From Candidatus Latescibacterota bacterium (lineage in GTDB: Bacteria > Latescibacterota > UBA2968): 64,000 bases of DNA. Below the pieces are notes generated by a model that was not told the DNA's origin, did no database searches, and saw only the letters and a list, made by a program, of their open reading frames with translations. Positions within the stretch are counted from its first letter, which is position 1, and each line of letters opens with the position of its first letter. Of the stretch, positions 1 to 10,437 are shown in pieces. The translations under genes were made by a program, and so were the position numbers. Location of the stretch: NCBI GenBank assembly GCA_965198115.1, contig OZ240241.1:4768001-4832000 (forward strand), read 5' to 3'.

Positions 1-463
1 GCGCATAATCGAGCGCTACCTCGAGCACATCCTCCACACCGGCGATGTAGGCCACGTCGATCAAACCGCGAGAGCGAATCTCATCACACACGTATTTGAC
101 GAGTCTGCCGTCCGGTCCCGGGTCTTTAATGTGGATGTTGTGCCCCGCCCGATCGCTCACCGCATTCAGCACATCCTCGAATCGGGGAACGCGAACACCC
201 GACCATAGTTCGCCCGTCTTCACACCTGCATCCAGAGCCCGGATCTCGTTCCACGTCATCTCGGTGACATGGCCCTCTCCGTTCGTCGTCCGATCGACCT
301 TCGGATCATGACACACCACGGCAACACCGTCCGCACTCAGCCACAGATCATACTCCACCTCGCCCACCCCGAGCGCCAACGCCGCCCCGAACGCAGGCAA
401 CGTATTCTCGGGGCACGCGTGACTCAACCCCCTGTGCGCGCAAATCTCGACCCCATTTTTCAT
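1..463 (-). CDS. glycerophosphodiester phosphodiesterase family protein (runs off window start)
   Basis: Manual translation MKNGVEICAHRGLSHACPENTLPAFGAALALGVGEVEYDLWLSADGVAVVCHD contains the GDPD HRG/PENT/ExD motifs; AGGAGG RBS near 475-480. Confidence 0.9.
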   Translation of the reverse strand, partial: MKNGVEICAHRGLSHACPENTLPAFGAALALGVGEVEYDLWLSADGVAVVCHDPKVDRTTNGEGHVTEMTWNEIRALDAGVKTGELWSGVRVPRFEDVLNAVSDRAGHNIHIKDPGPDGRLVKYVCDEIRSRGLIDVAYIAGVEDVLEVALDYA

Positions 464-478
464 TATGCACTCTACCTC

Positions 479-850
479 CTAACTTTCGTCAACAGCGTGT
501 GTCTGCAAGTCCTCCAGGTTGGCGAATTCCAATGCTGAAACGTGTGTCGCTTCCAACACGACCGGCGGCGCCATCCCTTCTTCCAGCGCCTCGGTCCAAC
601 GCGTCACACACAGGCACCAGCGATCGCCCGGTTTCAGACCCGGAAAGTGAAATTCGGGCACCGGTGTTGACAGATCGTTCCCCCGGCTCTTGCTAAACTC
701 GAGAAAATCGGCCGTCATCTCCGCGCACAGAATGTGCAACCCCTGATCCTCACCCCCTGTTCGACAACACCCATCCCTGTAGAAACCCGTCATTGGATCC
801 GTACTGCAACCCTGCAGCTCACCACCCAGTATGTTCCGTCCAAGACTCAC
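479..850 (-). CDS. DUF2237 family protein
   Basis: RNILGGELQGCSTDPMTGFYRDGCC...FPGLKPGDRWCLC signature. Confidence 0.9.
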   Translation of the reverse strand: MSLGRNILGGELQGCSTDPMTGFYRDGCCRTGGEDQGLHILCAEMTADFLEFSKSRGNDLSTPVPEFHFPGLKPGDRWCLCVTRWTEALEEGMAPPVVLEATHVSALEFANLEDLQTHAVDES

Positions 851-1251
851 GATCGATCCCCCTATGAACCCCGATAGTCACACTCCGAAGCATCCACAGA
901 CCAGGACTCAGGTCGGCCAGGAAGATAATCCAGGAGAGGCCGTCCTGAAACGGCAATGAGCACCAGTCAGGTCATCGCGCCCACCACCGACTGCCTCCCG
1001 ATTCGAAAACGATCCTCCAGAACTGACTCCGACGGAATGAATTGTAACTTTGCGGATTCAGAACGAATTTCTTGTCCTAACACCTTTCAAAACCTTATAT
1101 TACACCGATCAATGAAGGACGCGCACCGTCCAAACATTCTGCCGGTGCGCTTTTTTTTCCTGCATCGCGAAAGGATTAGATCCTGGCCTCACAGAGCCAA
1201 GACATCGAACTCACGGTTCCACCCTATGACCTGAGCAAGCTGGCGTTCGTC

Positions 1252-2067
1252 GTGGGAACCCACATCGCAGCTGTGATAGGCCTCGTGCTGTGGGTCGCAG
1301 GCGTTCTAACCGTGTCGGCAGCCACCCTCTGGCTGGCGCTCGGGGTTTTCATCTTCAGCTCTACCGCCATAACGGCGGGCTATCATCGACTTTACTCGCA
1401 TCGAACCTACCAGGCGGCCTGGATCCTGCGTTTCTACTATCTGATCGGGGGCGCAATGGCCCTTCAGGGATCTGCACTCCAGTGGGCGGCCCAGCACCGC
1501 GATCATCACACCTTTTGCGACGGGGCGAAGGATCCGTACAACATCAATCTGGGTTTCTGGCACGCCCACCTCGGATGGGTCATTCGCCAGACCGACCCCG
1601 ACTACGGCCGCGTTAAAGACCTGTCTTCCGAACGCATTAACCGATGGCAGCACAACTACTACGGTACCGTGGCCGTTGTCACTAGCTTCCTCTGTCCGGC
1701 GGCCATTGGCGCGCTCTGCGGAGAATTTTGGAGCGCCTTTCTCGTGGCGGGTGCCGTTCGTCTCGTCGTCCAGTGGCACATGACGTTCTGCGTGAACTCT
1801 GTCGCTCACTATTGGGGAAGCCAGAAATACTCGCAGCACCACACGGCACGCGGCAGCTGGTGGTTGGCCTTTCTCGTCTGGGGCGAAATGGACCATAACT
1901 ACCATCACACGTTCCCCAACGATTTTCGGACCGGCACTCGCTGGTATGATTTCGACCCGGGAAAGTGGTTCATCTCGGCCGCATCGACCGTCGGACTGGC
2001 GCGAGATCTCAAGAAGGCCGACCAGGGACGAATCGAGCGGGTCACGTCGACACAGATAGACGACTAA
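1252..2067 (+). CDS. acyl-CoA delta-9 fatty acid desaturase (frame is open upstream to a possible CTG start at 1183)
   Basis: His boxes YHRLYSH, HRDHH and HNYHH; TM segments. Confidence 0.9.
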   Translation: MGTHIAAVIGLVLWVAGVLTVSAATLWLALGVFIFSSTAITAGYHRLYSHRTYQAAWILRFYYLIGGAMALQGSALQWAAQHRDHHTFCDGAKDPYNINLGFWHAHLGWVIRQTDPDYGRVKDLSSERINRWQHNYYGTVAVVTSFLCPAAIGALCGEFWSAFLVAGAVRLVVQWHMTFCVNSVAHYWGSQKYSQHHTARGSWWLAFLVWGEMDHNYHHTFPNDFRTGTRWYDFDPGKWFISAASTVGLARDLKKADQGRIERVTSTQIDD

Positions 2068-2134
2068 TCGCCACGAGAATCAGCACCCGGGAGACCCGGC
2101 GCATCCTACGATGGGGCGCGGGGTTTTTGTGTTT

Positions 2135-2824
2135 ATGACCCTCTTCGAAGAACTCGACCACGCGCAGACCGACCTGGGTGAGCTCATCCTGCGGCGACGC
2201 GTGACGACCCAGGGCATCGAGGTGTTCGAAGTCAAACCCGATGGCACATTCCTGATGTCCAGCCTCATCAACGACTCGGAAATCGCGCTCGCAGAAATCG
2301 GACTGGACAAAGTCGAAGGCACGGAACTCCGCATCGCGATTGGAGAACTCGGATTGGGACACACGGCCGCGGCCTCCCTCGATCACCCTGGTGTAGAATC
2401 CGTCGTCGTCGTCGAGGTTCTGTCAGAAGTCATCGCCTGGCACACCAAAGAGTTTGTGCCCCTCGCCCCAAGATTGACGGGAGACCCGCGCTGCACCCTG
2501 GTCAACGCGGACTTCTACGATTGGCTGTCTGAATCCAACGATCGGTTCCACGCGATCCTCGTCGACATCGATCACTCACCCGATAACCTGCTGTCGGACG
2601 CTCACCGGTCTTTCTACGAACCGGATGGACTCGATCGGGTCCGAGAAAAACTCCATCCGGGTGGTGTCTTCGCGCTCTGGTCGGGCGATCTGCCCAGCGA
2701 GAGTTTCATCGCGAAGCTCGAGTCGACGTTTGCCGCCGTAAGTGATCATCCTGTCAACTTCCGTAATCCGCTGCTCGACATCGACGACACGAACACCATC
2801 TACATCGCGCAGTCGGAATCCTGA
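2135..2824 (+). CDS. spermidine synthase-like SAM-dependent protein
   Basis: FLMSSL, GELGLGHTA SAM-binding loop, ILVDIDHSP. Confidence 0.8.
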   Translation: MTLFEELDHAQTDLGELILRRRVTTQGIEVFEVKPDGTFLMSSLINDSEIALAEIGLDKVEGTELRIAIGELGLGHTAAASLDHPGVESVVVVEVLSEVIAWHTKEFVPLAPRLTGDPRCTLVNADFYDWLSESNDRFHAILVDIDHSPDNLLSDAHRSFYEPDGLDRVREKLHPGGVFALWSGDLPSESFIAKLESTFAAVSDHPVNFRNPLLDIDDTNTIYIAQSES

Positions 2825-2975
2825 ACCATCTCGTTTCTTCTCACACAGCCTCACCCCATCAGCCCACCGCTTCACCCCAGCGATCTCGAACGGAGATGGC
2901 ATCCGCCCCTCCATTTTCCCTTTTGCATTCTGAATTTTGCCTTTCCTTCTAGTACCCCGTTCAAAGGAGGAACCG

Positions 2976-4619
2976 ATGGGCAACAAGATCACCGTTCTCA
3001 ACCCGATGGCCTACCCACCCAAGATCAAGCAGCTTGGGATGGCCGATCGTCCCGATTCGTTGAAGGACCGCACGGTCTACCTCGTCGACTGCCGATTCGA
3101 CGACGGCGACATTCTGATGCGCCAGATGGCGGAATGGTTCGTCGAGAGCGAGCCCGGCGTCAACGTCGAAGTACGTCGGAAATCGGACGTCTACACCCGG
3201 CGCGATGATGCACTCTACGAGGAAATAAGAGAGAAGGGAGACGCCGCCGTCATCGGCGTGGGCCACTGAAGCACGTGCGCCCCGGCGGTCGCCGACCAGT
3301 GCATCACGATGGAAGTCGAATACGGAGTGCCCACCGCATCCGTACAAACAGACATCTTCGAGCCTCTCGCTCGGGCCCAGGCCCACGCTCGGGGAATGCC
3401 CAGGCAGCGGTTCGTCTTCGTTCCGCAGCCGGTGATGGGCAAGTCACCCGCGGAATTGCGCGCCTACGTCGACGGACCAGACCCCGTCACGGGGCGGCCG
3501 TTCATGACCGAAGTGTTCGAAGCCCTCACGCGTCCTTTGAGTGACGAAGAAACGGAAGTCCGCAGTTTCGATCGCTCCACACCCCGACTCTGCGAGCCGG
3601 ACTCTGAAGAGAGCCTGCACGAGCTCTTCCTCTTGGAAAACTGGACGGACAAGCTCCCCATCGTCCTGCCCACCGAAGAACGTGTCGAGGCGATGCTCAG
3701 CGGCACGAGTCACAGTCCCGACGAAGTCGTGGGCCAGATGAGACCCACAGGCCCCCGCGAAGCCTGGGAGTACACGGTCGAAAAGGTTGCCGTCAACGCC
3801 GTGATGGCTGGCGCCAAACCCGAATACTTCCCCGTCATCCTCGCACTCGCATCGACCGAAGTCACGGCGCGCGCGAGCACCACGAGTTCCGCCGCAGCGA
3901 TGGCCGTCGTCAACGGACCCGTCCGCGAAGAAATCGACATGAACTGGGGCGTCGGCGCGATGGGGCCCTACAACCACGCCAACGCCACGATCGGACGAGC
4001 CTATGCGCTTCTGTCGCAGAACGGCCAGGGCGGCTCGCTCCCCCTGCACACTTACCTCGGCTCACAGGGCAACAACTACGCCTACAACAGCATCTGCTAC
4101 GCGGAGAACGAGGAACGCAGCCCGTGGGACCCGTTACACGTGCAGCACGGATTCCAGAAAGGTGATAGCGCCGTCAGCGCTTTCTCCGGCTGCCGATCCA
4201 CGGCCTTCACCCTGGGAGTCCGCGAAAAGTACTGGGAGACTCACATCGTCCAGATGCTCAGGGGAATGGACCCGCACGAGAACCCGACGTTCGTCCTCGA
4301 CCCGATCACGGCCAACCAGTTCGTCGATCGTGGCGGATTCGACACAGTCGACAAGCTCATCGATTGGATCCACGAAAACGGAACGATGCAGGCCGACGTC
4401 TACTGGGATTACCAATTGATCGAGAACTATGTCGAGCCACGTGCCCTCGTCGGCGTCGAACCGTATGCCACGATGCACAAAGCCAAAGACGACGAAATGA
4501 TCCGCATCTGGCCAAAGGAGCAGATCAACGTGGTCGTCACCGGTGGCGAGACCAACGGCTACTGGCGCATCTTCGGCGCCAACTATGGAAAGACTGCCTC
4601 CGTCGACGAATGGCGATAG
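2976..4619 (+). CDS. UGSC-family selenoprotein fused to a 'WTDKLPIVLPT' domain; Sec (TGA) at 3267-3269, 547 aa
   Basis: ORFs 2937-3269 and 3309-4619 share a frame and are separated by one TGA in GVGH-U-STC; AAGGAGG RBS before ATG 2976; hairpin directly downstream of the TGA. Confidence 0.85.
3270..3302 (+). promoter_or_regulatory. putative bacterial SECIS element
   Basis: CGGC-GGTC-GCCG apical stem-loop with a G-first loop 17 nt after the UGA; GCAC/GTGC lower stem. Confidence 0.65.
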
Positions 4620-4641
4620 TCAACAGACACTGAACGGAAGT

Positions 4642-4687
4642 AAAGAGGGCCGCAGCGAGTGATCATGCTGTGGCCCTCTTTCTTTCT
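4642..4687 (+). terminator. rho-independent terminator
   Basis: AAAGAGGGCCGCAGC...GCTGTGGCCCTCTTT followed by a T tract. Confidence 0.75.
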
Positions 4688-4807
4688 ATCCAGGTACGAG
4701 CTTGAATCTTCCGCATTCAAACGGCATCCCCGTCCAGTTAAGGCTTCCAGGTCATCTGTGTTTTCGTGTGTTTCGTGTATTTCGTGGTAGGCATTTGATT
4801 TTTGCAT

Positions 4808-5686
4808 TTACACTTCAGACCTTCCCTGATACCCGCTCTCTCGGTAGATCTCCTCGAAATCCTCCGTCTCGATCATTGCGTTCACCGCCTCCGTCCCTCG
4901 ACCTCTGGCCACGTAGGCCCTGCAGATCTGGCACCCGACAAAGGCCCCGAGACGAGGCGGCCACCCATCGGTTCGGGTCGCACCCCCCAGCCACGAATCG
5001 AGATCGCCTTCCCTCATCCCTTCTCTGAAAGCTTGCCACACCTCGGATTCACGGGCACGGCCAAAGAGGTGCGGCACGCTGTCGTCCCGTCTTCGTGTGA
5101 CGAGCTCGGCCGTCAGAACGGCAACACCCTCCCGAACCGCCCCCACCAGTAGCGAATCCTCGCTCCCGAAACCGGCGCGCTGCTGCACGTGAACCAACTC
5201 GTGGATGACCGCGTCGGGCAACGCGGCCAATGGTCTGAGCGCCCACAGCTCGGCGCGATCGAGTTCATCCGACACTGTGGACTCCGTGCGTCCGAACAAC
5301 TCGGCACCAATTAGAATCCCACTCTCCGCTCTCTCCGAGTGACACGACAGAGTCCCGATCACGCAGGTGACGTTCGGAATCGAGACGGGCGGATACAGCC
5401 TTCTGAACCGACGATAAAAGTGACGAATCTCACCCTCGAACTCGCGAATCCGATGCATCGAGAATCGAATCGATCGATAAAAGGCATCGCGGTCCTTCAC
5501 CGTACGGGTGAATGCCTCTGGGTCTTTCAGATACTGTGAAGCGAAATCTCGGAATCCCCGCGAGCCCCGGCTCAGATACAAATCTTCGTAGATCCGAACC
5601 TGATCGCGCTCGCGCATCCCTTCGGCCGCATCGAAAGCACGCCAGAAATTGTCCACATCGTTGGTAATGAAATCGGGCATGGTCAC
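4808..5686 (-). CDS. DUF2268-like putative Zn-dependent protease
   Basis: HELVH zincin motif, downstream EG motif, ITNDVDNFWRAFD N-terminus. Confidence 0.7.
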   Translation of the reverse strand: MTMPDFITNDVDNFWRAFDAAEGMRERDQVRIYEDLYLSRGSRGFRDFASQYLKDPEAFTRTVKDRDAFYRSIRFSMHRIREFEGEIRHFYRRFRRLYPPVSIPNVTCVIGTLSCHSERAESGILIGAELFGRTESTVSDELDRAELWALRPLAALPDAVIHELVHVQQRAGFGSEDSLLVGAVREGVAVLTAELVTRRRDDSVPHLFGRARESEVWQAFREGMREGDLDSWLGGATRTDGWPPRLGAFVGCQICRAYVARGRGTEAVNAMIETEDFEEIYRESGYQGRSEV

Positions 5687-5962
5687 AGTTGGAACACAAG
5701 ATCGTGGCCCGTTATCCGTTGGCCGTTTGCCGGTCGTACATCTCTGACATCAGATATCCTGTATCGGATCTCGGATATGCGCCCTGCTTACCTACTAGGG
5801 CAGGAAGCCGTCGAGGCTGTCATCTGCCGTCTGTCCACTGTCATCTGCTCTAGGGGTGAAGCCCTCTTTCTCGTTCACCGTCACTGTCCACCGTCCACCA
5901 AAGCTTTCCCCCGATAATCCTCCGATGTATCTTCTCCCTCATCAGTCAAGGAAGGAGTCTGA

Positions 5963-7081
5963 ATGTCGAACCGAATCATCAAAGTCGCCATCGGCGGCCA
6001 GGGTCGAAGCGGCTACAAGATTCACGCAAACCGGGTGTCGAAGGATACCAAACGATATGACCTCGTCGCCATCGCCGACCAGCTTCCGGAACGGCGGGAG
6101 GATGCGGAGGTCGAGTTCACGGCACGCGTCTACGATGACTGGCGTCCCCTGCTCGAGGATGGCGGATTCGACCTGTTCGTCAACGCCCTCCCCTCTTCCC
6201 TTCACGTCGATGCGAGCATCGAAGCGCTGAACCGTGGATTCCACGTCATCTGCGAAAAACCGATGGCCCGAACCGTCGCCGACTTCGACCGAATCGTCGA
6301 TGCGGCGGAGAAAAACGATCGCAGGATTTTCCCGTTCCTGAACAATCGCCTGCAGCCGTTTTTCGACAAAATTCAGGAGGTTCTCGCGAGCGGTGTCCTC
6401 GGCGAAATTGTCCACATCCGAGCCGCGTTCAGCGGCTACCGTCGTCGATGGGACTGGCAGACACGGCAGGACCTGTGGGGCGGCAGCCTGCTGAACACGG
6501 GTCCTCACGTGGTCGATCAGGCACTCTGTCTCTTCGGCTGGGACCGCACACCCGAAGTCTTTTGCCGCATGGACTGTCGCAACCCGTTCGAGGGCGATGC
6601 GGAGAACCACGTCACGCTCACGCTCTGGGACACTGATCGCAAAGCGCCGCAGATCGACATCGACATCAGTTCCCTCGTCACCTACGGAGAGCCTTACTCC
6701 TACAACATCAGCGGAACGTGCGGGGGGCTTATCGGCGGCGCGAGGGAACTGAACTGGAAATACTTCGACCCCGACACGGCCACCAGGCACGACATGTGGC
6801 TCTGGTCGGTCGATCACCAATACAATCGCGAGGAACTCGACTACACCGAAGAATCCTGGACCCTCGATGAAGCCCAGACCGAAGGGTCGGTCGGCTACAC
6901 GCTCGAATCGATGCAGAGCGGCCCCGAGCGGATCTACAACAACATTTACGACGTCCTCAACAACGGCACGGAACTCCTCATCCGCCCCGAGCAGACTCGT
7001 AAACAGATCGCAGTCCTGGAAGAAGCCCATCGCCAGAATCCACTTCCCCGGAAGCCCCAGAGCCTCGACTTCAAACTGTAG
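5963..7081 (+). CDS. Gfo/Idh/MocA oxidoreductase
   Basis: GQGRSG, HVICEKP, GGSLLNTGPHVVD. Confidence 0.9.
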   Translation: MSNRIIKVAIGGQGRSGYKIHANRVSKDTKRYDLVAIADQLPERREDAEVEFTARVYDDWRPLLEDGGFDLFVNALPSSLHVDASIEALNRGFHVICEKPMARTVADFDRIVDAAEKNDRRIFPFLNNRLQPFFDKIQEVLASGVLGEIVHIRAAFSGYRRRWDWQTRQDLWGGSLLNTGPHVVDQALCLFGWDRTPEVFCRMDCRNPFEGDAENHVTLTLWDTDRKAPQIDIDISSLVTYGEPYSYNISGTCGGLIGGARELNWKYFDPDTATRHDMWLWSVDHQYNREELDYTEESWTLDEAQTEGSVGYTLESMQSGPERIYNNIYDVLNNGTELLIRPEQTRKQIAVLEEAHRQNPLPRKPQSLDFKL

Positions 7082-7303
7082 GCTGATGCTTTCCCGAACA
7101 ACTGAACACTGAACACCTCGTTTGCGAGAACAGGCGACCCTGCTTCCGGTCGTGCCGTCATCGAATTGCTCCATTCTACAGCGCACCCAGAGGGTGTTAT
7201 TCGCGCCTCTCCCTCCGTGTCCCGAGCGGAGTCGAGGGGTGTCCTCAGTGGTTCGTCTTGTTTTTCGCTTTGTACCCAGCTCTCCCATTCGCATCTTTAT
7301 TAC

Positions 7304-8320
7304 ATGAGACGGAACAGTACGGTTCTCCAGAATTTCAGAACAGCGGCGAACCGGCAGCAGCCACAGCTTGCGTGGGAAGCTCGATCCAGGCGTGAACACG
7401 CCACGTGGCGACGCAGATTCCGGGCAAAACTTCGGAAGCTCGTCGGTCGAACACCCGAGCGAGTCGACCTCGATGTACGGGAAACCGAGCGTGTCGATCT
7501 CGGCATCGTCGTCCGAAGAAAAATTTATGTCCGTTCCGAATCGGACTATTGGATCCCCGCTTACTACTTCGTCCCCAAGTTGATCTCCGAGCCATCCCCG
7601 GCTCTGATTTGTCTCCACGGCCACAGCGGCATTTTGCCTTACATTCGCGAGGGAGACGCCGCCCAACGCAAAAAGGGTCGGGATCTCGACCTCGACTACG
7701 CCGTCTACCTGGCAGAACACGGATACGTCACGATTGCGCCCATCCAGCGCGGGTGGAACGAGACGGCCCTCGCACAGGACCAGGCCCGTGGCACGCACAG
7801 CTGTCACCGGGTCACGATGGACGCGTTTCTTCTCGGCTCGACACCGGTCGGGCTCAGATGCTGGGATGCCTCTCGGCTCGTGGACTTCCTGGAAACGGAG
7901 GAACTGGTCGACGCCAAGCACATCGGCGTAGCGGGTCTGTCCGGCGGTGGCACCGTGGGACTTTTCTTCTCGGCCCTCGAAAATCGCGTCAAACTGGCCA
8001 TGATCGGCGGCTACTACTGCACGTTCAAAGATTCGATCTATTCGATTCACCATTGCATCTGCAACTGCGTGCCCGACATGATGTCGTGGGGTGACATGCG
8101 TGACATCGCCGCTCTGTTCGCCCCCAAACCCATGCTCGTCATCAGCGGAACGAAAGATCCGATTTTTCCCATCGCCGCGACACGACGAGCCTACCGCGAT
8201 CTCCAAGAGGTCTATGACCAGCTCGGAGCCGCAGGGGCGCTCGACAGAGATTTTTTCGACGGACCCCACGCGTGGAGTCACCGGAAAACCATTCCCTTCC
8301 TCAAGGAGCACTGGCCGTGA
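7304..8320 (+). CDS. alpha/beta hydrolase (dienelactone hydrolase / acetyl xylan esterase-like)
   Basis: ICLHGH, GLSGGG nucleophile elbow, GTKD, GPH catalytic residues. Confidence 0.85.
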   Translation: MRRNSTVLQNFRTAANRQQPQLAWEARSRREHATWRRRFRAKLRKLVGRTPERVDLDVRETERVDLGIVVRRKIYVRSESDYWIPAYYFVPKLISEPSPALICLHGHSGILPYIREGDAAQRKKGRDLDLDYAVYLAEHGYVTIAPIQRGWNETALAQDQARGTHSCHRVTMDAFLLGSTPVGLRCWDASRLVDFLETEELVDAKHIGVAGLSGGGTVGLFFSALENRVKLAMIGGYYCTFKDSIYSIHHCICNCVPDMMSWGDMRDIAALFAPKPMLVISGTKDPIFPIAATRRAYRDLQEVYDQLGAAGALDRDFFDGPHAWSHRKTIPFLKEHWP

Positions 8321-9249
8321 GTCAAACGCAGGTTCCCCGAAGGACGTGGGGAAAAACGGGACTGTCGATCCCCGTCATTCCTTTCGGATCGCAGGGCTTC
8401 GGAGACAATTTCGGCCCCGTGACCGACGTTGAAGCGTGCGAACTGATTCGTTACGCCGTCGATCGTGGCGTCGATCACTTCGACTGCGCGCGCTGCTACG
8501 GCAATTCACTCCGCAAGCTCGGACTCGCCATCAAACAGGGCGTCGTCAGCCGGGACGAAATCATCGTCAGCGGCCGAGTCTGCTGCCACAGTGGCGCGGA
8601 ATGGGGAGGCTACGGGGAAGGGCGTCCAGACTACTCGAAGACACGCGTGCTCGCCGACGTCGAAGACCAGCGCAGCATCCTCGGCATCGAGCGCTTCGAC
8701 GTCCTGTTCATCCAAGATCCAGCCGAAATCGAACCGACTCTCGAATCCGGCGGCACCCTCGAAGGCCTCGAGGAAGCGCGAAGCAGGGGATGGGTCGACT
8801 ACCTCGGCTACGGGATGCAGCCACACGATTTCCATCTGGCCGTTATCGAATCGGGTCGGACGGACGCCTTGCTCACCTTCAATGACTTCAACCTCCTGCG
8901 CCAGACCTCGACCGAGGACATCATCCCAGCCGCGGCCGCCAACCACCTCGGCGTGATCAACGGATGGTCCATCAAGCGAGGATGGCTCACGGGCAAGCCC
9001 GTCGAAAGCTTCGTCCCACGAGAGAAGTGGGGCGAGGATCACCATCGCGCCGAAGCAATGCGATCGTGGTGCGAAGAGCACGATGTAAGCCTCCTCGCGC
9101 TGGCCCTCCAGTTCTGTCTGCGCGACGAACGCGTTCACGGCAACCCGATCGGCAGTCTGAATCGCGAACAGCTCGGCGCCAACATCCAGGCGACCCTCAC
9201 ACAGATCGATGACAAAACACTCAACGCGTTCCTCGAGGCGGGGCTTTAG
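8317..9249 (+). CDS. aldo/keto reductase
   Basis: GKTGLSIPVIPFG, HFDCARCYG; GTGA overlap with the upstream gene. Confidence 0.85.
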   Translation: MSQTQVPRRTWGKTGLSIPVIPFGSQGFGDNFGPVTDVEACELIRYAVDRGVDHFDCARCYGNSLRKLGLAIKQGVVSRDEIIVSGRVCCHSGAEWGGYGEGRPDYSKTRVLADVEDQRSILGIERFDVLFIQDPAEIEPTLESGGTLEGLEEARSRGWVDYLGYGMQPHDFHLAVIESGRTDALLTFNDFNLLRQTSTEDIIPAAAANHLGVINGWSIKRGWLTGKPVESFVPREKWGEDHHRAEAMRSWCEEHDVSLLALALQFCLRDERVHGNPIGSLNREQLGANIQATLTQIDDKTLNAFLEAGL

Positions 9250-9254
9250 AAACT

Positions 9255-9623
9255 ATGCCTGAAGAAGAAGAGACCGAAGAGGGCATCGACCTGTCCAGCA
9301 TCTCGCTCGACCGCCGGGCGCAGACCGATCGACGCGGTGACGAACGTCGTCACGAGGCGAGACGATCGGACGAAGATCGGCGAAATGACGATCGCGAAAT
9401 CGACTTCGGCGAACGACGCCAGGGCGAACGCCGCGAGGCGGAACGACGTCAGGACGACCGACGTGTCGATTTCCGTCGTGAAGCAGCCGATCTGGAAGAG
9501 CTGCCCGAAATCGACTGGGAGTCCGAACAACTGCCTGTCGAATCGAAATCGCTGCGCGGATCGTTTCGCCTGATCATACTCCTACTCGCTGTAGCGGCTG
9601 TCATTGCCCTCGTGCTCTACTGA
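9255..9623 (+). CDS. hypothetical [D/E]RR-repeat protein with C-terminal TM anchor
   Basis: About 10 xRR repeats; hydrophobic C-terminal helix; sits in the operon between AKR and PhyH. Confidence 0.7.
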   Translation: MPEEEETEEGIDLSSISLDRRAQTDRRGDERRHEARRSDEDRRNDDREIDFGERRQGERREAERRQDDRRVDFRREAADLEELPEIDWESEQLPVESKSLRGSFRLIILLLAVAAVIALVLY

Positions 9624-9637
9624 ACGGAGGGGAACGC

Positions 9638-10432
9638 ATGATCTCTTCATACATGGGTCTCTTTGCCGAGAAGCACCACAAACAATTCGACGAGTTCGGT
9701 TACCTCCGGCTCGGGAAGCTTCTGTCCATCGATGAATTACGCGACCTGTGCGATCGTGTGGACGCGCTCATGGTAGGGGAGCTCAAATACGACGACATGC
9801 AGTTTCAACTCGATGGCGACGCACCGGGCTACGACAAACTCGAATCCCGAACGTCCGCACCGACCGAACTGTCCCTGAACTATCGAAGAATCGACGGGCT
9901 CCACAACGACCCCTTCTTCCTCACCTACATGCAACATCCTGTGTTTCGACAGATCACACGCCGATACGTATCCGAGGACGTTTCGGTCTTCCGATCCATG
10001 ATCATGAACAAGCCCGCCGGGTTGGGTACCGAACTCCCGTGGCACCAGGACATCGGCGAGGGCTGGGGCCTCGATCGAAATCCGACCGTGACGGTGTGGA
10101 CCGCCCTCGATGCCGCTACGGTCGACAACGGAGCCATGCAGATCGTACCCGGCAGTCATAAACTCGGCATCCTGAACAAGGGTCATTACGCGTCGGACGA
10201 GGACATCGAGGCGCACGTCGAATCGAACGACGTCGTAGATCTCACAGCAGAAACCGGTGAAGCCATCCTCATCCACAACTGGCTGCTCCATCGATCCGGA
10301 ATCAACAACACGACCAGACCTCGTCGCGCCTTCAGCAGCGCCTACATGGATGCCGACACCGTCAGCGCGAAAACGGGGGAATCGTATCCCGTCATCTTCG
10401 GAAACCATGCCCTGAAGGTCGAGCTCGCCTGA
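9638..10432 (+). CDS. phytanoyl-CoA dioxygenase (PhyH) family
   Basis: PWHQD, VPGSHK, LLHRSG Fe(II)/2OG motifs. Confidence 0.9.
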   Translation: MISSYMGLFAEKHHKQFDEFGYLRLGKLLSIDELRDLCDRVDALMVGELKYDDMQFQLDGDAPGYDKLESRTSAPTELSLNYRRIDGLHNDPFFLTYMQHPVFRQITRRYVSEDVSVFRSMIMNKPAGLGTELPWHQDIGEGWGLDRNPTVTVWTALDAATVDNGAMQIVPGSHKLGILNKGHYASDEDIEAHVESNDVVDLTAETGEAILIHNWLLHRSGINNTTRPRRAFSSAYMDADTVSAKTGESYPVIFGNHALKVELA

Positions 10433-10437
10433 ATCGA

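Noticed and set aside
5942-8311. 789-aa minus-strand ORF and other long antisense ORFs (e.g. 15191-16243, 17174-18325, 28829-29653)
   Set aside because: Shadow ORFs opposite well-supported genes in GC-rich DNA, with no recognisable motifs
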